Shown piece by piece: positions 18,571 through 27,582 of a stretch of 32,000 bases of DNA. How positions within the stretch are numbered: the stretch's first letter is position 1; each line of letters starts with the position of its first letter. The notes under the pieces were generated by a model that did not search any database, was not told where the DNA came from, and was given only the letters and a program-made list of their open reading frames with translations. Location: assembly GCF_000012545.1 (NCBI RefSeq), contig NC_007681.1, forward strand, positions 720,001-752,000. The letters run 5' to 3'. This DNA is from Methanosphaera stadtmanae DSM 3091. GTDB lineage: Archaea; Methanobacteriota; Methanobacteria; Methanobacteriales; Methanobacteriaceae. A program made the position numbers and the translations under genes.

Positions 18571-20412
18571 TTAGTAGAAATCTTCATACTCATCTTCATC
18601 TAAAGTATCAAGTTCACTCCAATCAGTATTAATTACACCCCAATTTGAGTCTTCTGTTTCTTGTTTAATTTCTTGAAGTTCTTCCATTGTTAAAATTTCA
18701 TCATCTAACAACTTATCTTTTAACTCATTGTTAATTGCAAAGAAATTTCTCTCAGACATATCAACATAGAGTACATCTCCTTCTTCGAAATCCTTTTCAA
18801 ATACAGCATCACCTATAGCCATAGCAACTTGTGATCCTCTTGAAACTTTTGGAAGATTTTCTCCATTATCCTCCATACTTTCAACTCTACCAACAACATG
18901 ACCCTTATCATTAATAAGAGTAACACCCTTTTCTATAATACCAGACATGATTTCAACTCCAGCAATAGCTGGTTTACTATGTCTAAATACTAATTTTGGC
19001 ATGATTCTTATCTTTGAAGGGCGTATTATAGAAGCAAGTTTTGCCTTTTTCTGACGTTCTTTAGCACTATTTACCCAGTTGAGATAGTCTTCAGTTAACT
19101 GATATATAACTCTATCTTGGAATACCATGATATTTTGATCATTTAACTCATCCTCAGCAGATGGAAGAATATTAACATTAAATGCTATTATAACACCATA
19201 TTTTTCATCTTCTTCATACATTATTGATGCATTAATAATATCTCTACGAGAAATATCACCAATTTCTGCTGATTTAATAGGAATATCTTTTGAATCTAAA
19301 ATATTAACTAGTGCTTCTAAAGAACCAAGAGTATCTGCTTTAACTAATATACCTATATCATTAGTTTGTATACGTATATTATCTACTTCAGATAGTAATT
19401 CATCTTCTACTCTTATATTATCATCATTAGCTACTTTAAGTGGAGAACCAGATACTACATCATCTACATGTGGTGCCACAATTTTTACACCAGCTGCAGC
19501 TACAATTTGATTTGTATCTTCAAACATTGTTTTTGATTCTCTAATTTCTTCTAATGGTTTAGGTTTTAATAAAGATCTAATCTTAGTAGATATTACTTTA
19601 TTTTCCTTTGTTAACATCATTATACGATCATCTTTATTGAGAACACCATCATAAAGAATCGTGTCAATAGTAAGTCCCAATCCTTTTTCTTCCTTAACTT
19701 CCAATACTGTACCAGATGCTGGTGCATCTTCTTCAATTTGTAATTGTTCATTTAAGTATTGGTATGCAAGACCTAAAAGCATTGTTAATAATTCTGGTAG
19801 TCCTTCACCAGTATATGCACTGATAGGTACAATGGTTATTTGACTTGCAAAATTACTTACTCTATCAAAACGTTCAGATTCAAATCCTTCTTCATGTAAT
19901 GTTCCTACTATTTCATAGATTTTCTGATCTAAATCAAAAACAACATTTTTATGTTGATTTTGAACAGCTTTACTAAAGCATTCACCTTTAGTAGAATTCC
20001 ATCCAGGAATTTTATCTATTTTATTAGCAGCAACAACAAATGGTGTTTTCGATGATTTTAATATGTTTAATGCCTCGTATGTTTGAGGTTTAAAACCTTC
20101 TGTTACATCCATTATAAGAATAGCTAAATCTGCTAATGATCCACCACGTTTACGTAGTGTTGTAAAAGCTTCGTGACCTGGTGTATCTATAAAGAATAAT
20201 CCAGGTAATTGTTCTTGTATATTCATCTTTTCAAGGAATCCACCACAAATTGATGAAATAACATCCATTGGAATTTCTGTTGCACCAATATGTTGAGTTA
20301 TACCTCCAGCTTCTTTTGATGCTATGGTACTTCCCCTAATATGATCCAATAAAGTGGTTTTTCCATGGTCTACATGACCTAAAACAGACACTATAGGTGA
20401 TCTTGTTTTCAT
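18571..20412 (-). CDS. infB: Translation initiation factor aIF5B (IF2 homolog)
   Basis: 613 aa with G1 [20 protein letters not shown] and NKID motifs. No intein is present. The acidic C-terminal extension is [19 protein letters not shown] is upstream. Confidence 0.95.
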
Positions 20413-20803
20413 TTTTATCTCCCTAAAACATATATTCTATCTTTAAATTGAATTTAAAAATTTCTTTTTAGATTAAAATTTTATTTAACAATAGGTTAAA
20501 TAAGTTTTGTTCTATTGAATCTTAAAATACTGAATACTGACATCTGTTATTGAATGTCCCTGAAAAAATCTTACTATCTTTGTAGAACACACTTATTTTT
20601 TTTATAATACTGAAATATTATCTATGAGTTTATTAATCAATAAATAGTTTTTTTTATTATTTTTTTTTACGCGTAAATTAAAATAAAATTTTGTTTTGGA
20701 TTTTTGAAGTTATTGATTTAAACCTAAATTACTACTTCAATATTTTTTTACTATCTACATTTCAATTAATAGCAAAAAAGAGCAAATAAAAGAAAAAAAA
20801 TTC

Positions 20804-21262
20804 TTATGGCTCTTCATATATTATATCTTCGTCTGGTAATTCATAATCACAGAATTCTGTTTCGTCGAAGAATAAATTAATTTCTCTTTGTGCTGATTCC
20901 TCTGAATCTGAAGCATGTACTATATTTCTACCAGTGTCGATTCCATAATCTCCACGAATAGTTCCAATATCTGCTTCTTTAGGATTAGTTGCACCAACCA
21001 TTTTTCTTACTAGACTTATTACATCATCACCTTCTAAAACCATAGCAAATACTGGTCCGCTAGTAATGTATGATATTAAATCATTGAAGAATGGTTTATC
21101 ACTATGTTCACCATAGTGTGTTTTTGCAAGGTCTTCTGAAATCATAAGAGTTTTTGCTGCTATTACTTTTAAACCACGTTTTTCAAATCTTGTTAAAATT
21201 TCACCTGTAAGTCTTCTTTTAACTGCATCTGGTTTTAACATGGTAAATGTTCTTTGTTTCAT
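20804..21262 (-). CDS. ndk: Nucleoside diphosphate kinase
   Basis: 152 aa with [10 protein letters not shown]-type N-terminus ([12 protein letters not shown]) and the active-site region NIVHASDS. Its ATG overlaps the rpl24e stop (ATGA). Confidence 0.95.
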   Translation of the reverse strand: MKQRTFTMLKPDAVKRRLTGEILTRFEKRGLKVIAAKTLMISEDLAKTHYGEHSDKPFFNDLISYITSGPVFAMVLEGDDVISLVRKMVGATNPKEADIGTIRGDYGIDTGRNIVHASDSEESAQREINLFFDETEFCDYELPDEDIIYEEP

Positions 21263-21417
21263 TGTTTAACCCACTTAACTTTCCTTGGAATTCTTCCAAG
21301 TTTATTGTTTTTTTCACATTTGCTGCTGCAGAAGAAAGAAATTGATCCATCTCTACGGACATACATTTTTCCTGTACCTTCTGGAATTTCTTCTCCACAG
21401 AATGAACATGTTCTCAT
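21259..21417 (-). CDS. rpl24e: Ribosomal protein L24e (eL24)
   Basis: Not in the ORF track (52 aa). Sequence is [52 protein letters not shown], with SD GGAG upstream. It sits at the conserved position after S28e. Confidence 0.92.
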   Translation of the reverse strand: MRTCSFCGEEIPEGTGKMYVRRDGSISFFCSSKCEKNNKLGRIPRKVKWVKQ

Positions 21418-21486
21418 TATTTAAACTCCTATAAGTATATAAAAAGAATATTCTTATACAATAAAAAAAGGTTTTAATCATAACTC

Positions 21487-21693
21487 CTATGGAGTTCTGA
21501 TTTCTTTTGCTTCTCTTATAGTATCTAGTAACATTAATACGTCGCCTTCTTTTATAGCACCCATAACGTTTCTAGTGAGTATTCTTCCTTTATCTCTTCC
21601 ATCAAGTATTCTGCATTTTACTTGCATTACTTCTCCAGTCATTCCTGTTCTTTTTAAAACTTCAATAACTTCTGCTGGAGTACCGTCTTCCAT
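21487..21693 (-). CDS. rps28e: Ribosomal protein S28e (eS28)
   Basis: 68 aa containing [46 protein letters not shown] is upstream. Confidence 0.94.
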   Translation of the reverse strand: MEDGTPAEVIEVLKRTGMTGEVMQVKCRILDGRDKGRILTRNVMGAIKEGDVLMLLDTIREAKEIRTP

Positions 21694-21911
21694 ATAATCA
21701 CCTTATAAATTTTGATTGGTTAAATAAAATATATAATAGCGAAGCTTACTTTTATAATAAAAAATTAAAGAAAGAACAATTTCATTAAATACAATACTCA
21801 TTAAGAATATGTAATTTATTATATGAATCTATCTTTTTTTTATTGTAAATTTTGAATAATTACTTCTAAAAATTACGATACTTTATTTCCTAAGTATAGG
21901 TCCAATCATGA

Positions 21912-22283
21912 TTAGTTTTTGAGTTCTGCAACTTTTTCGACTATTTCATCGACGAGTTCTTGGCCTTCACCAGCATCAATAATACATGCAGATGCTGTAC
22001 CAACATTAAGTCCTGCAGCTTCTCCTAATTCTTCTTTGGTTGGGAGATATACGTAAGGAATTTCTTTTTCTTCTGCTAAAATAGGTAAGTGTGCTACAAT
22101 TTCTGCAGGTTCAATATCTTCTGCAATTACTGCTAAAGCAACATTGTTTCTTTCGATGTTTTTTGTTACTTCGTTTGTTCCTTTTCCTATTTTACCTGTA
22201 TCTCTTGCGATTTCTAAAGCTTCGTAAACTTTATCAGCTATTTCTTTTGGTACTTCAAATTTTACATATACTGAATTTGCCAT
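21912..22283 (-). CDS. rpl7ae: Ribosomal protein L7Ae (K-turn binding protein)
   Basis: 123 aa containing [65 protein letters not shown] is at 22291-22295. Confidence 0.96.
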   Translation of the reverse strand: MANSVYVKFEVPKEIADKVYEALEIARDTGKIGKGTNEVTKNIERNNVALAVIAEDIEPAEIVAHLPILAEEKEIPYVYLPTKEELGEAAGLNVGTASACIIDAGEGQELVDEIVEKVAELKN

Positions 22284-22294
22284 TTAATGTCCTC

Positions 22295-22324
22295 CATTAT
22301 CATCTGGCTTTTAACCATCCATAG
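22295..22324 (-). promoter_or_regulatory. Candidate K-turn (box C/D-like) hairpin in the L7Ae 5' leader, abutting the Shine-Dalgarno sequence
   Basis: The minus strand reads CUAUG-GA-UGGU-UAAAA-GCCA-GAU-GA-UAAUG-GAGG. This gives a 4-bp C-stem (UGGU/GCCA), a 3-nt bulge (GAU), tandem sheared G.A/A.G candidates, and a weak NC stem whose last G is the first G of the SD GGAGG. Confidence 0.45.
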
Positions 22325-22692
22325 CAAGTACTATTTAGATAACTACCAATTTTTTAAAATATACTTTTAAAAAACTATTTTTATTATATCTATAACGACT
22401 TGTTGTCTGATTAAATGACCTATTTAATAAAATATATTTATATAATAAAAAATATTCTAATTTAAAACTCCTTAATGAGTGATACTCATTCGCTCACAGT
22501 TTTAAGTATGTTAAAAATTAGTTATTTATTATTATATATTTACTATAATAAATACTTTATGTTATATTGTTCTACTTTTTCCATAATATATATTCAAATT
22601 ATTTAATAAAAAAATAGCTTATAATAAAATAGATACATATATAATATTATTGATGATTTTTTTAAAATAAATTAGTTATAGGTGACAAGTTA

Positions 22693-23511
22693 ATGAATCC
22701 CTATATAGAAATTCTCAGACCTACAAATGCTTTAATGGCATTTATAGCAGTATTATTAATGGCAATTATAGGCCATACTTATAATTATGAGATAATACTT
22801 GGATCTCTATGTGTATTTATAGCAACAGGTTCTGGAAATACAATAAATGATTATTATGATTATGAAATAGATCGGATAAATGCACCAAACAGACCTATAC
22901 CCTCAGGTAAAATAGAATTAAAAAGAGCATTATATTATAGTCTAATTTTATTTCTAGTATCAATTATATTAGGATTTATAATATCATTAGAAAATGGTAT
23001 TGTTGTAATTTTATGTACTATTTTAATGATAATCTATGCTTATGATTTAAAACAAAGATGTTTTATTGGTAATTTATGTGTAGCCATACTTACAGGTTTA
23101 ACATTTGTTTTTGGTGGTCTTATAACAAAAGATGTTAATTTAGGATTTATTCTTGGATTTTTTGCATTTTTAATGACATTATCTAGGGAAATTATAAAGG
23201 ATATTGAAGATATTGAAGGAGATAAAAAAGAAGATGCACATACTCTTCCAATTATATATGGGACAAAAAAGGCAGTTATGTTAGCTGTTATTCTAAATAT
23301 TATAACATGTATTCTTAGTCCCTTGTTATATTATTATAATATATTTTCAATAGTATATCTTATCATAATAATTATAGCAGATATTATCTTTGTATATTCA
23401 GCATATCTGGCAGTGCAAAATCAGTCAAAAGAATCTATGCATAAAATATCTAAATACATGAAAATAGGAATGTTAATTGCATTTGTATCGTTTGCTATGG
23501 GAGCATTATAA
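22693..23511 (+). CDS. UbiA-family prenyltransferase, probably digeranylgeranylglyceryl phosphate synthase (archaeal lipid synthesis)
   Basis: 272 aa with about 8 TM helices. Motifs are NTINDYYDYEIDRINAPNRPIPSG (NxxxDxxxD) and a second Asp-rich block (KDIEDIEGD). SD AGGTGA is upstream. Confidence 0.85.
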   Translation: MNPYIEILRPTNALMAFIAVLLMAIIGHTYNYEIILGSLCVFIATGSGNTINDYYDYEIDRINAPNRPIPSGKIELKRALYYSLILFLVSIILGFIISLENGIVVILCTILMIIYAYDLKQRCFIGNLCVAILTGLTFVFGGLITKDVNLGFILGFFAFLMTLSREIIKDIEDIEGDKKEDAHTLPIIYGTKKAVMLAVILNIITCILSPLLYYYNIFSIVYLIIIIIADIIFVYSAYLAVQNQSKESMHKISKYMKIGMLIAFVSFAMGAL

Positions 23512-23537
23512 AATAAAAAAAAGGAGGACAATAATAG

Positions 23538-24683
23538 ATGGATTTACAAGACATATTATTACATGATGAAACAATTTTTAAAGATGTAAGAGTATTTAAT
23601 TCAGATTATTTGCCAGAAGAATTTAAATTAAGACAATCACAAATGGAAGAAATGGCTTTCTCATTAAGACCTGCATTACATGGTGGAAAACCATCAAATA
23701 ATATACTTTTAGGCCCTCCAGCAACTGGAAAAACAACTGCTATAAAGAAATTATTTGAAATGGCTCAACTGGACTGTGAAGATGATATAATATGTGTATA
23801 TGTAAATTGTCAATTACATTCTACAAAATTTGGTATTTTTTCACAAATATATAAGAAAATATTTGGTCATAATCCTCCTGAAACAGGAGTTCCATTTGCA
23901 AGAATATATAATAAAATTATGAATGAATTATATGATACTGATAAAGCATTGATTGTTGCATTAGATGATATTAATCATCTATTTCATGGAAATATTATAA
24001 GTCAAATATTTTATGATATTCTACGTGCACATGAATCATATGAAGGTGTAAGAACTGGTATATTTGCAGTACTTTCAGATGTGGAATTTAGATTTATATT
24101 GGATAAAAATGTAGGATCTATATTCAATGCTGCAGAAATAAATTTTAAACCATACACATATGAAGAAACATATAATATATTAAAAGAACGTGTAAACTTA
24201 GGATTTTATCCAAATGTTATATCTAATGATTTATTAGAGGAAATTACCACGTATACATTTGAAAATGGGGATTTACGATTAGGTATTGATTTACTGCGTA
24301 TAAGTGGAAATAATGCTGAGGTTAGAGCATCACGTAGAATTGAGTATGGGGATGTTGAAAAGGCATTTAAAGTATCAAAAAGTGTTAGTTTAAGGTATAT
24401 ATTAAATTCATTATCTGATAAAGAAAAAACATTACTTCGTTTTATTACAAGAATGGATAAGAAAAATATAACATCTGGTCAATTATATGAGGAATATAAT
24501 CGTGAAAATAAGATTGGTTATGCAACATACAATAGACAAATTAATAAATTAGAATTTCTAAGATTAATTGATACAACATACACAGGATCTGGAAAGAAAG
24601 GAAATTCAAGGTATATTAATTTAAGATTTGATAGTAAACAAATACAAGAAAATCTACCACAACAAAAACGAAGATCACTGTAA
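23538..24683 (+). CDS. cdc6: Orc1/Cdc6 replication initiator
   Basis: 381 aa. Walker A is GPPATGKTT and Walker B is LIVALDDINHL, followed by a C-terminal winged-helix region. SD AAGGAGG is upstream. Confidence 0.93.
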   Translation: MDLQDILLHDETIFKDVRVFNSDYLPEEFKLRQSQMEEMAFSLRPALHGGKPSNNILLGPPATGKTTAIKKLFEMAQLDCEDDIICVYVNCQLHSTKFGIFSQIYKKIFGHNPPETGVPFARIYNKIMNELYDTDKALIVALDDINHLFHGNIISQIFYDILRAHESYEGVRTGIFAVLSDVEFRFILDKNVGSIFNAAEINFKPYTYEETYNILKERVNLGFYPNVISNDLLEEITTYTFENGDLRLGIDLLRISGNNAEVRASRRIEYGDVEKAFKVSKSVSLRYILNSLSDKEKTLLRFITRMDKKNITSGQLYEEYNRENKIGYATYNRQINKLEFLRLIDTTYTGSGKKGNSRYINLRFDSKQIQENLPQQKRRSL

Positions 24684-24750
24684 AAATCATGAAAATCAAT
24701 CTTCATTTTTTTTTAAAAAAGAGAAAAATTTAAGAAATCTATTTTATTAT

Positions 24751-24831
24751 TCACAAGATTTAGCTGTATTTTTTACATTGTATATTTAATATAACATTCA
24801 CTATTTTTTTATTATTTTTAAAATCTTGTGA
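24751..24831. repeat. 11-bp inverted repeat pair TCACAAGATTT / AAATCTTGTGA separated by 59 bp of A+T-rich DNA
   Basis: Read directly at 24751-24761 and 24821-24831. It lies 70 bp downstream of the orc1/cdc6 stop. Confidence 0.8.
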
Positions 24832-24944
24832 TATAACATATCTTCTAGTTTTATTTAAAGTTAACATAAAACACCCACATTTTATTAACAAATTATTTTC
24901 TTTATAATATAATCAAAGTTAATATAATTAAATTTTAATTCTAC

Positions 24945-25145
24945 TTATAAGGAATAGAAAATCATAAATAACAATATTGTACTTGTAAATATTGCTGATA
25001 AATTATATTTTAACTTAATTCTATCTATAAAACTTCTTTTAGGCTTTAAAGATGGTATTTTATTTTTTCTACCAAGATTAAATCGATAAATACCTAAATA
25101 TTGTCCCATATTTCTTTTTTCTATATTAAATTCTATGTTTTTCAT
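24945..25145 (-). CDS. Hypothetical 66-aa protein with a basic N-terminal part and a C-terminal hydrophobic helix
   Basis: Track ORF with no SD. A TATA-like TTTATATT (minus strand, 25169-25176) is centred about 27 nt upstream of the ATG. That geometry fits a leaderless archaeal mRNA. I recognise no homology. Confidence 0.35.
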   Translation of the reverse strand: MKNIEFNIEKRNMGQYLGIYRFNLGRKNKIPSLKPKRSFIDRIKLKYNLSAIFTSTILLFMIFYSL

Positions 25146-25186
25146 ACATCATTTTATGTTATTTTAATAATATAAAGGACATCTTA

Positions 25187-25294
25187 GGGTAGTTGATAAG
25201 TAATAAGGGGTATTGATAAGTAATTAGGAGGGGGTATTGATAAGTATTCTCAGGGGAATTGATAAGTAATAAGAGGGGTCATGATAACTACTAG
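25187..25294 (+). repeat. Array of five direct repeats (G3-5 + T-A-TTGATAAGTAAT), about 22-bp period; ORB-like or iteron-like
   Basis: The five repeats are GGGTAGTTGATAAGTAATAA, GGGGTATTGATAAGTAATTAGGA, GGGGGTATTGATAAGTATTCTCA, GGGGAATTGATAAGTAATAAGA and GGGGTCATGATAACTACTAG. Core starts are 25193, 25213, 25237, 25259 and 25281. Confidence 0.9.
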
Positions 25295-25522
25295 TTTTAA
25301 ACATATAAAAGCTGTTTAAAAAAAAGTAAGAAAAAATATAATAGTCTAAGTAGAAAATTTAAACATGAAAAAAAGTGATAATCTATGTTTCTTTCAACAA
25401 CTTTCATACTTATAAATTTAATAATCTGGATTATAATCATAGGATTCATAATAGGCATTTATAAAGGTTTAATATTTAACAATGAATAAAAGATAATTAA
25501 TTTAAGACAATATAATATTATT

Positions 25523-25957
25523 ATGAAAGAGAATAGAAATTTTAAATACTTTGAGACAACAGCAGATATAGGAATAGAAATTCAAACAGAAAATATGACA
25601 GATGCATATATAAATGCAGCACTAGCAACACTAAATATAATAACAGATATTGAAAAAATAAAACCCAAAATAACAAAGAAGATACATATAGAATCTGAAG
25701 ATGAATATGGATTACTATATGATTGGATTACAGAATTACTCATTTTATTAGATAGTGAAAATTTCATAGTATCAAAATACAATATTAAAATATCAAAATA
25801 TGAAAATACAATAGTAATAGATGGACAAATCCTTGGAGACATCTATGATAGAAATATATATAATTATAAAACAGAAGTAAAGGCCATTACATATCATCAA
25901 ATGAAAATTACAAATGAAGATAATATATATAATATACAATTTATTGTAGATTTATAA
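25523..25957 (+). CDS. Archease (RtcB activator)
   Basis: 144 aa. It has the N-terminal FKYFETTADIGIEI motif and the C-terminal VKAITYHQMKI motif typical of archease. Confidence 0.88.
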   Translation: MKENRNFKYFETTADIGIEIQTENMTDAYINAALATLNIITDIEKIKPKITKKIHIESEDEYGLLYDWITELLILLDSENFIVSKYNIKISKYENTIVIDGQILGDIYDRNIYNYKTEVKAITYHQMKITNEDNIYNIQFIVDL

Positions 25958-25985
25958 AAAAATAAAAAAAAAGAAGAATTTAATA

Positions 25986-26411
25986 TCATGTTTCAATAAT
26001 CTCTGAATTTGTATCTAATGATTCTTTTTTAAGTTTCTTTAATTCTTCATTAAATTCTTTCATAAGAATTTGAAACTTAGATCCTTCAGAAGCTGATACC
26101 CATTCATATTTAAATCTTCTTTGATCAATACCTAATTCATCTAATATAAATCTAATTAGACGAGCTCTTCTTCTCCATTTATAATTACCAGAATTATAAT
26201 GACAATCACCTATATGACATCCACCAACAAAAACACCATCTGCACCTTCATGAAATGCCTTAAAAATCATGTCAGGATTTATTCTTCCAGAACACATCAC
26301 CCTAATTATACGAATATTTGGAGGATACTGCATTCTACAAGTTCCAGCATTATCAGCTCCACCATAACTACACCAGTTACAACAAAATCCAATGATCTTC
26401 ATATCATCCAT
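25986..26411 (-). CDS. mvhD: MvhD-type iron-sulfur protein (methyl-viologen-reducing hydrogenase delta subunit family)
   Basis: The sequence [20 protein letters not shown]...[11 protein letters not shown]...[14 protein letters not shown] is classic MvhD. I start it at ATG 26411 (MDDMKIIGF, 141 aa), which has SD GAGGGTGA upstream and lies 1 nt after the upstream stop. The track's longer N-terminus overlaps the upstream gene. Confidence 0.9.
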   Translation of the reverse strand: MDDMKIIGFCCNWCSYGGADNAGTCRMQYPPNIRIIRVMCSGRINPDMIFKAFHEGADGVFVGGCHIGDCHYNSGNYKWRRRARLIRFILDELGIDQRRFKYEWVSASEGSKFQILMKEFNEELKKLKKESLDTNSEIIET

Positions 26412-26412
26412 A

Positions 26413-27570
26413 TTATTCACCCTCAATAATTTTTTCTTTTTCTCCACTATACATTGGAGGTTTATTTTCTGATACACCAGAAACATATCCAGTATCTTTG
26501 GTGTATTTTAATTGTACATTCTGGAATAATCTAGATACAGGTATTTCCATAGGACAAGCATCATCACATTGACCACAATTAATACAACTAAAAGCCATAT
26601 GTCCTAGACGTATTCCATGCATTAATAATGGATCAGGTTTTTGGGATGGATGTTCTTTAAATTCCTCCTTTTCCATGGAACATGTAACACAATTACAAAC
26701 AGGACAAACATCTCTACATCTAAAACATTTTATACATCTATTTAGAATATCTTCTTTTTCTTCTTTTGTAAATTCAGTTTCTAAATATTTTTTCTGTGTT
26801 CTTTTTGCCATTTTCTTCATAACTTGTTCAATTTTAGAACGTATAACTAACTGTTTTTCTGATGGTTTTTTTACTTCAATATATTCATTATCAATTGCAT
26901 ATTGAACTATTTCTTCTCCACGTGGAGTGTTTATTTCAACAAATGTATAACCTTTTGATGAACCCCAATTTCCACAGGCAATATCTGCTTTTCGTGGAAT
27001 TTTTAATTCACATCTTTGACAATTTTCTCGTCTACCATAACCTTCATCTTCAAGGTCATCCATCTTAATTGATTTTTCACTTCCATCTTTAAGTTCTACA
27101 ATAAATTTACCCTTATTTATCTCCTCAGAAACAATATCTTCAGGATCCAATTCATAGAATAATCTAATCATTTCTTCAGCTACTGCAGGACGTACTGTTC
27201 CACCACAATTTAATCCAATCATATATACATTGTCCCTGTCAATTCCAACTCTTTTAATAATCTCATCTATTGCCATTGCATCACATGGCTTTGTAGTTAC
27301 TGCAATTATTTCTTCTTTCAGGTATCTTGCAATAATGTCTGAAATCATGGTAGGAGCACAATGTAGTGAACCTGCAGTATCAATTAATTTACTAGAATCA
27401 GTAGTATAGGTAGGTATTCCATCGTAAAGATTATTACCCTTTGATATATTTAAAACACCATCAACTTTCTTTGAATCAAGTAATGATTTTAAGATTGTTG
27501 TAACAGCACCACCATTTTCACCCTTTTCAATGATTTTAGGATCTTTTGCTCTAACTTGTAAATATTTCAT
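26413..27570 (-). CDS. FrhB/FdhB-family F420-interacting flavo-iron-sulfur protein with two ferredoxin-type 4Fe-4S motifs (formate dehydrogenase beta-like)
   Basis: The N-terminus [29 protein letters not shown] fits the FrhB/FdhB N-domain. Cluster motifs are [12 protein letters not shown] and [12 protein letters not shown]. The track start is TTG at 27582. I prefer ATG 27570 (MKYLQV...), with GGTGAT upstream. Confidence 0.85.
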   Translation of the reverse strand: MKYLQVRAKDPKIIEKGENGGAVTTILKSLLDSKKVDGVLNISKGNNLYDGIPTYTTDSSKLIDTAGSLHCAPTMISDIIARYLKEEIIAVTTKPCDAMAIDEIIKRVGIDRDNVYMIGLNCGGTVRPAVAEEMIRLFYELDPEDIVSEEINKGKFIVELKDGSEKSIKMDDLEDEGYGRRENCQRCELKIPRKADIACGNWGSSKGYTFVEINTPRGEEIVQYAIDNEYIEVKKPSEKQLVIRSKIEQVMKKMAKRTQKKYLETEFTKEEKEDILNRCIKCFRCRDVCPVCNCVTCSMEKEEFKEHPSQKPDPLLMHGIRLGHMAFSCINCGQCDDACPMEIPVSRLFQNVQLKYTKDTGYVSGVSENKPPMYSGEKEKIIEGE

Positions 27571-27582
27571 TATAATCACCAA

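Noticed and set aside
20413-20803. 390-bp spacer between infB and ndk, and the 218-bp spacer between L7Ae and S28e (21694..21911), scanned for tRNA/ncRNA/small ORFs
   Set aside because: I found no GC-rich island, no cloverleaf-like or C/D-box pattern, and no ORF longer than about 17 aa. They most simply hold promoters and oligo-T terminators that subdivide the cluster.
22474-22490. Inverted repeat AATGAGT-GAT-ACTCATT in the L7Ae/UbiA divergent region, plus a CTTAATGAGT copy on the minus strand near 21797
   Set aside because: The arms are only 7 bp. Matches this short are expected in 400 bp of AT-rich spacer, and there is no supporting context.
25385-25489. 34-aa hydrophobic mini-ORF (MFLSTTFILINLIIWIIIIGFIIGIYKGLIFNNE) upstream of archease
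   Set aside because: The SD is weak (GTGAT). A single hydrophobic stretch is easily produced by T-rich DNA, and there is no recognisable family. It cannot be supported without conservation or Ribo-seq data.
26412-26486. Longer N-terminus of MvhD ([25 protein letters not shown]...), and similarly the MNYGGKT extension of PPase at 16381..16401
   Set aside because: The extensions overlap the upstream gene or sit upstream of the Shine-Dalgarno sequence. The internal ATGs (26411 and 16380) have well-spaced SDs and give canonical N-termini.
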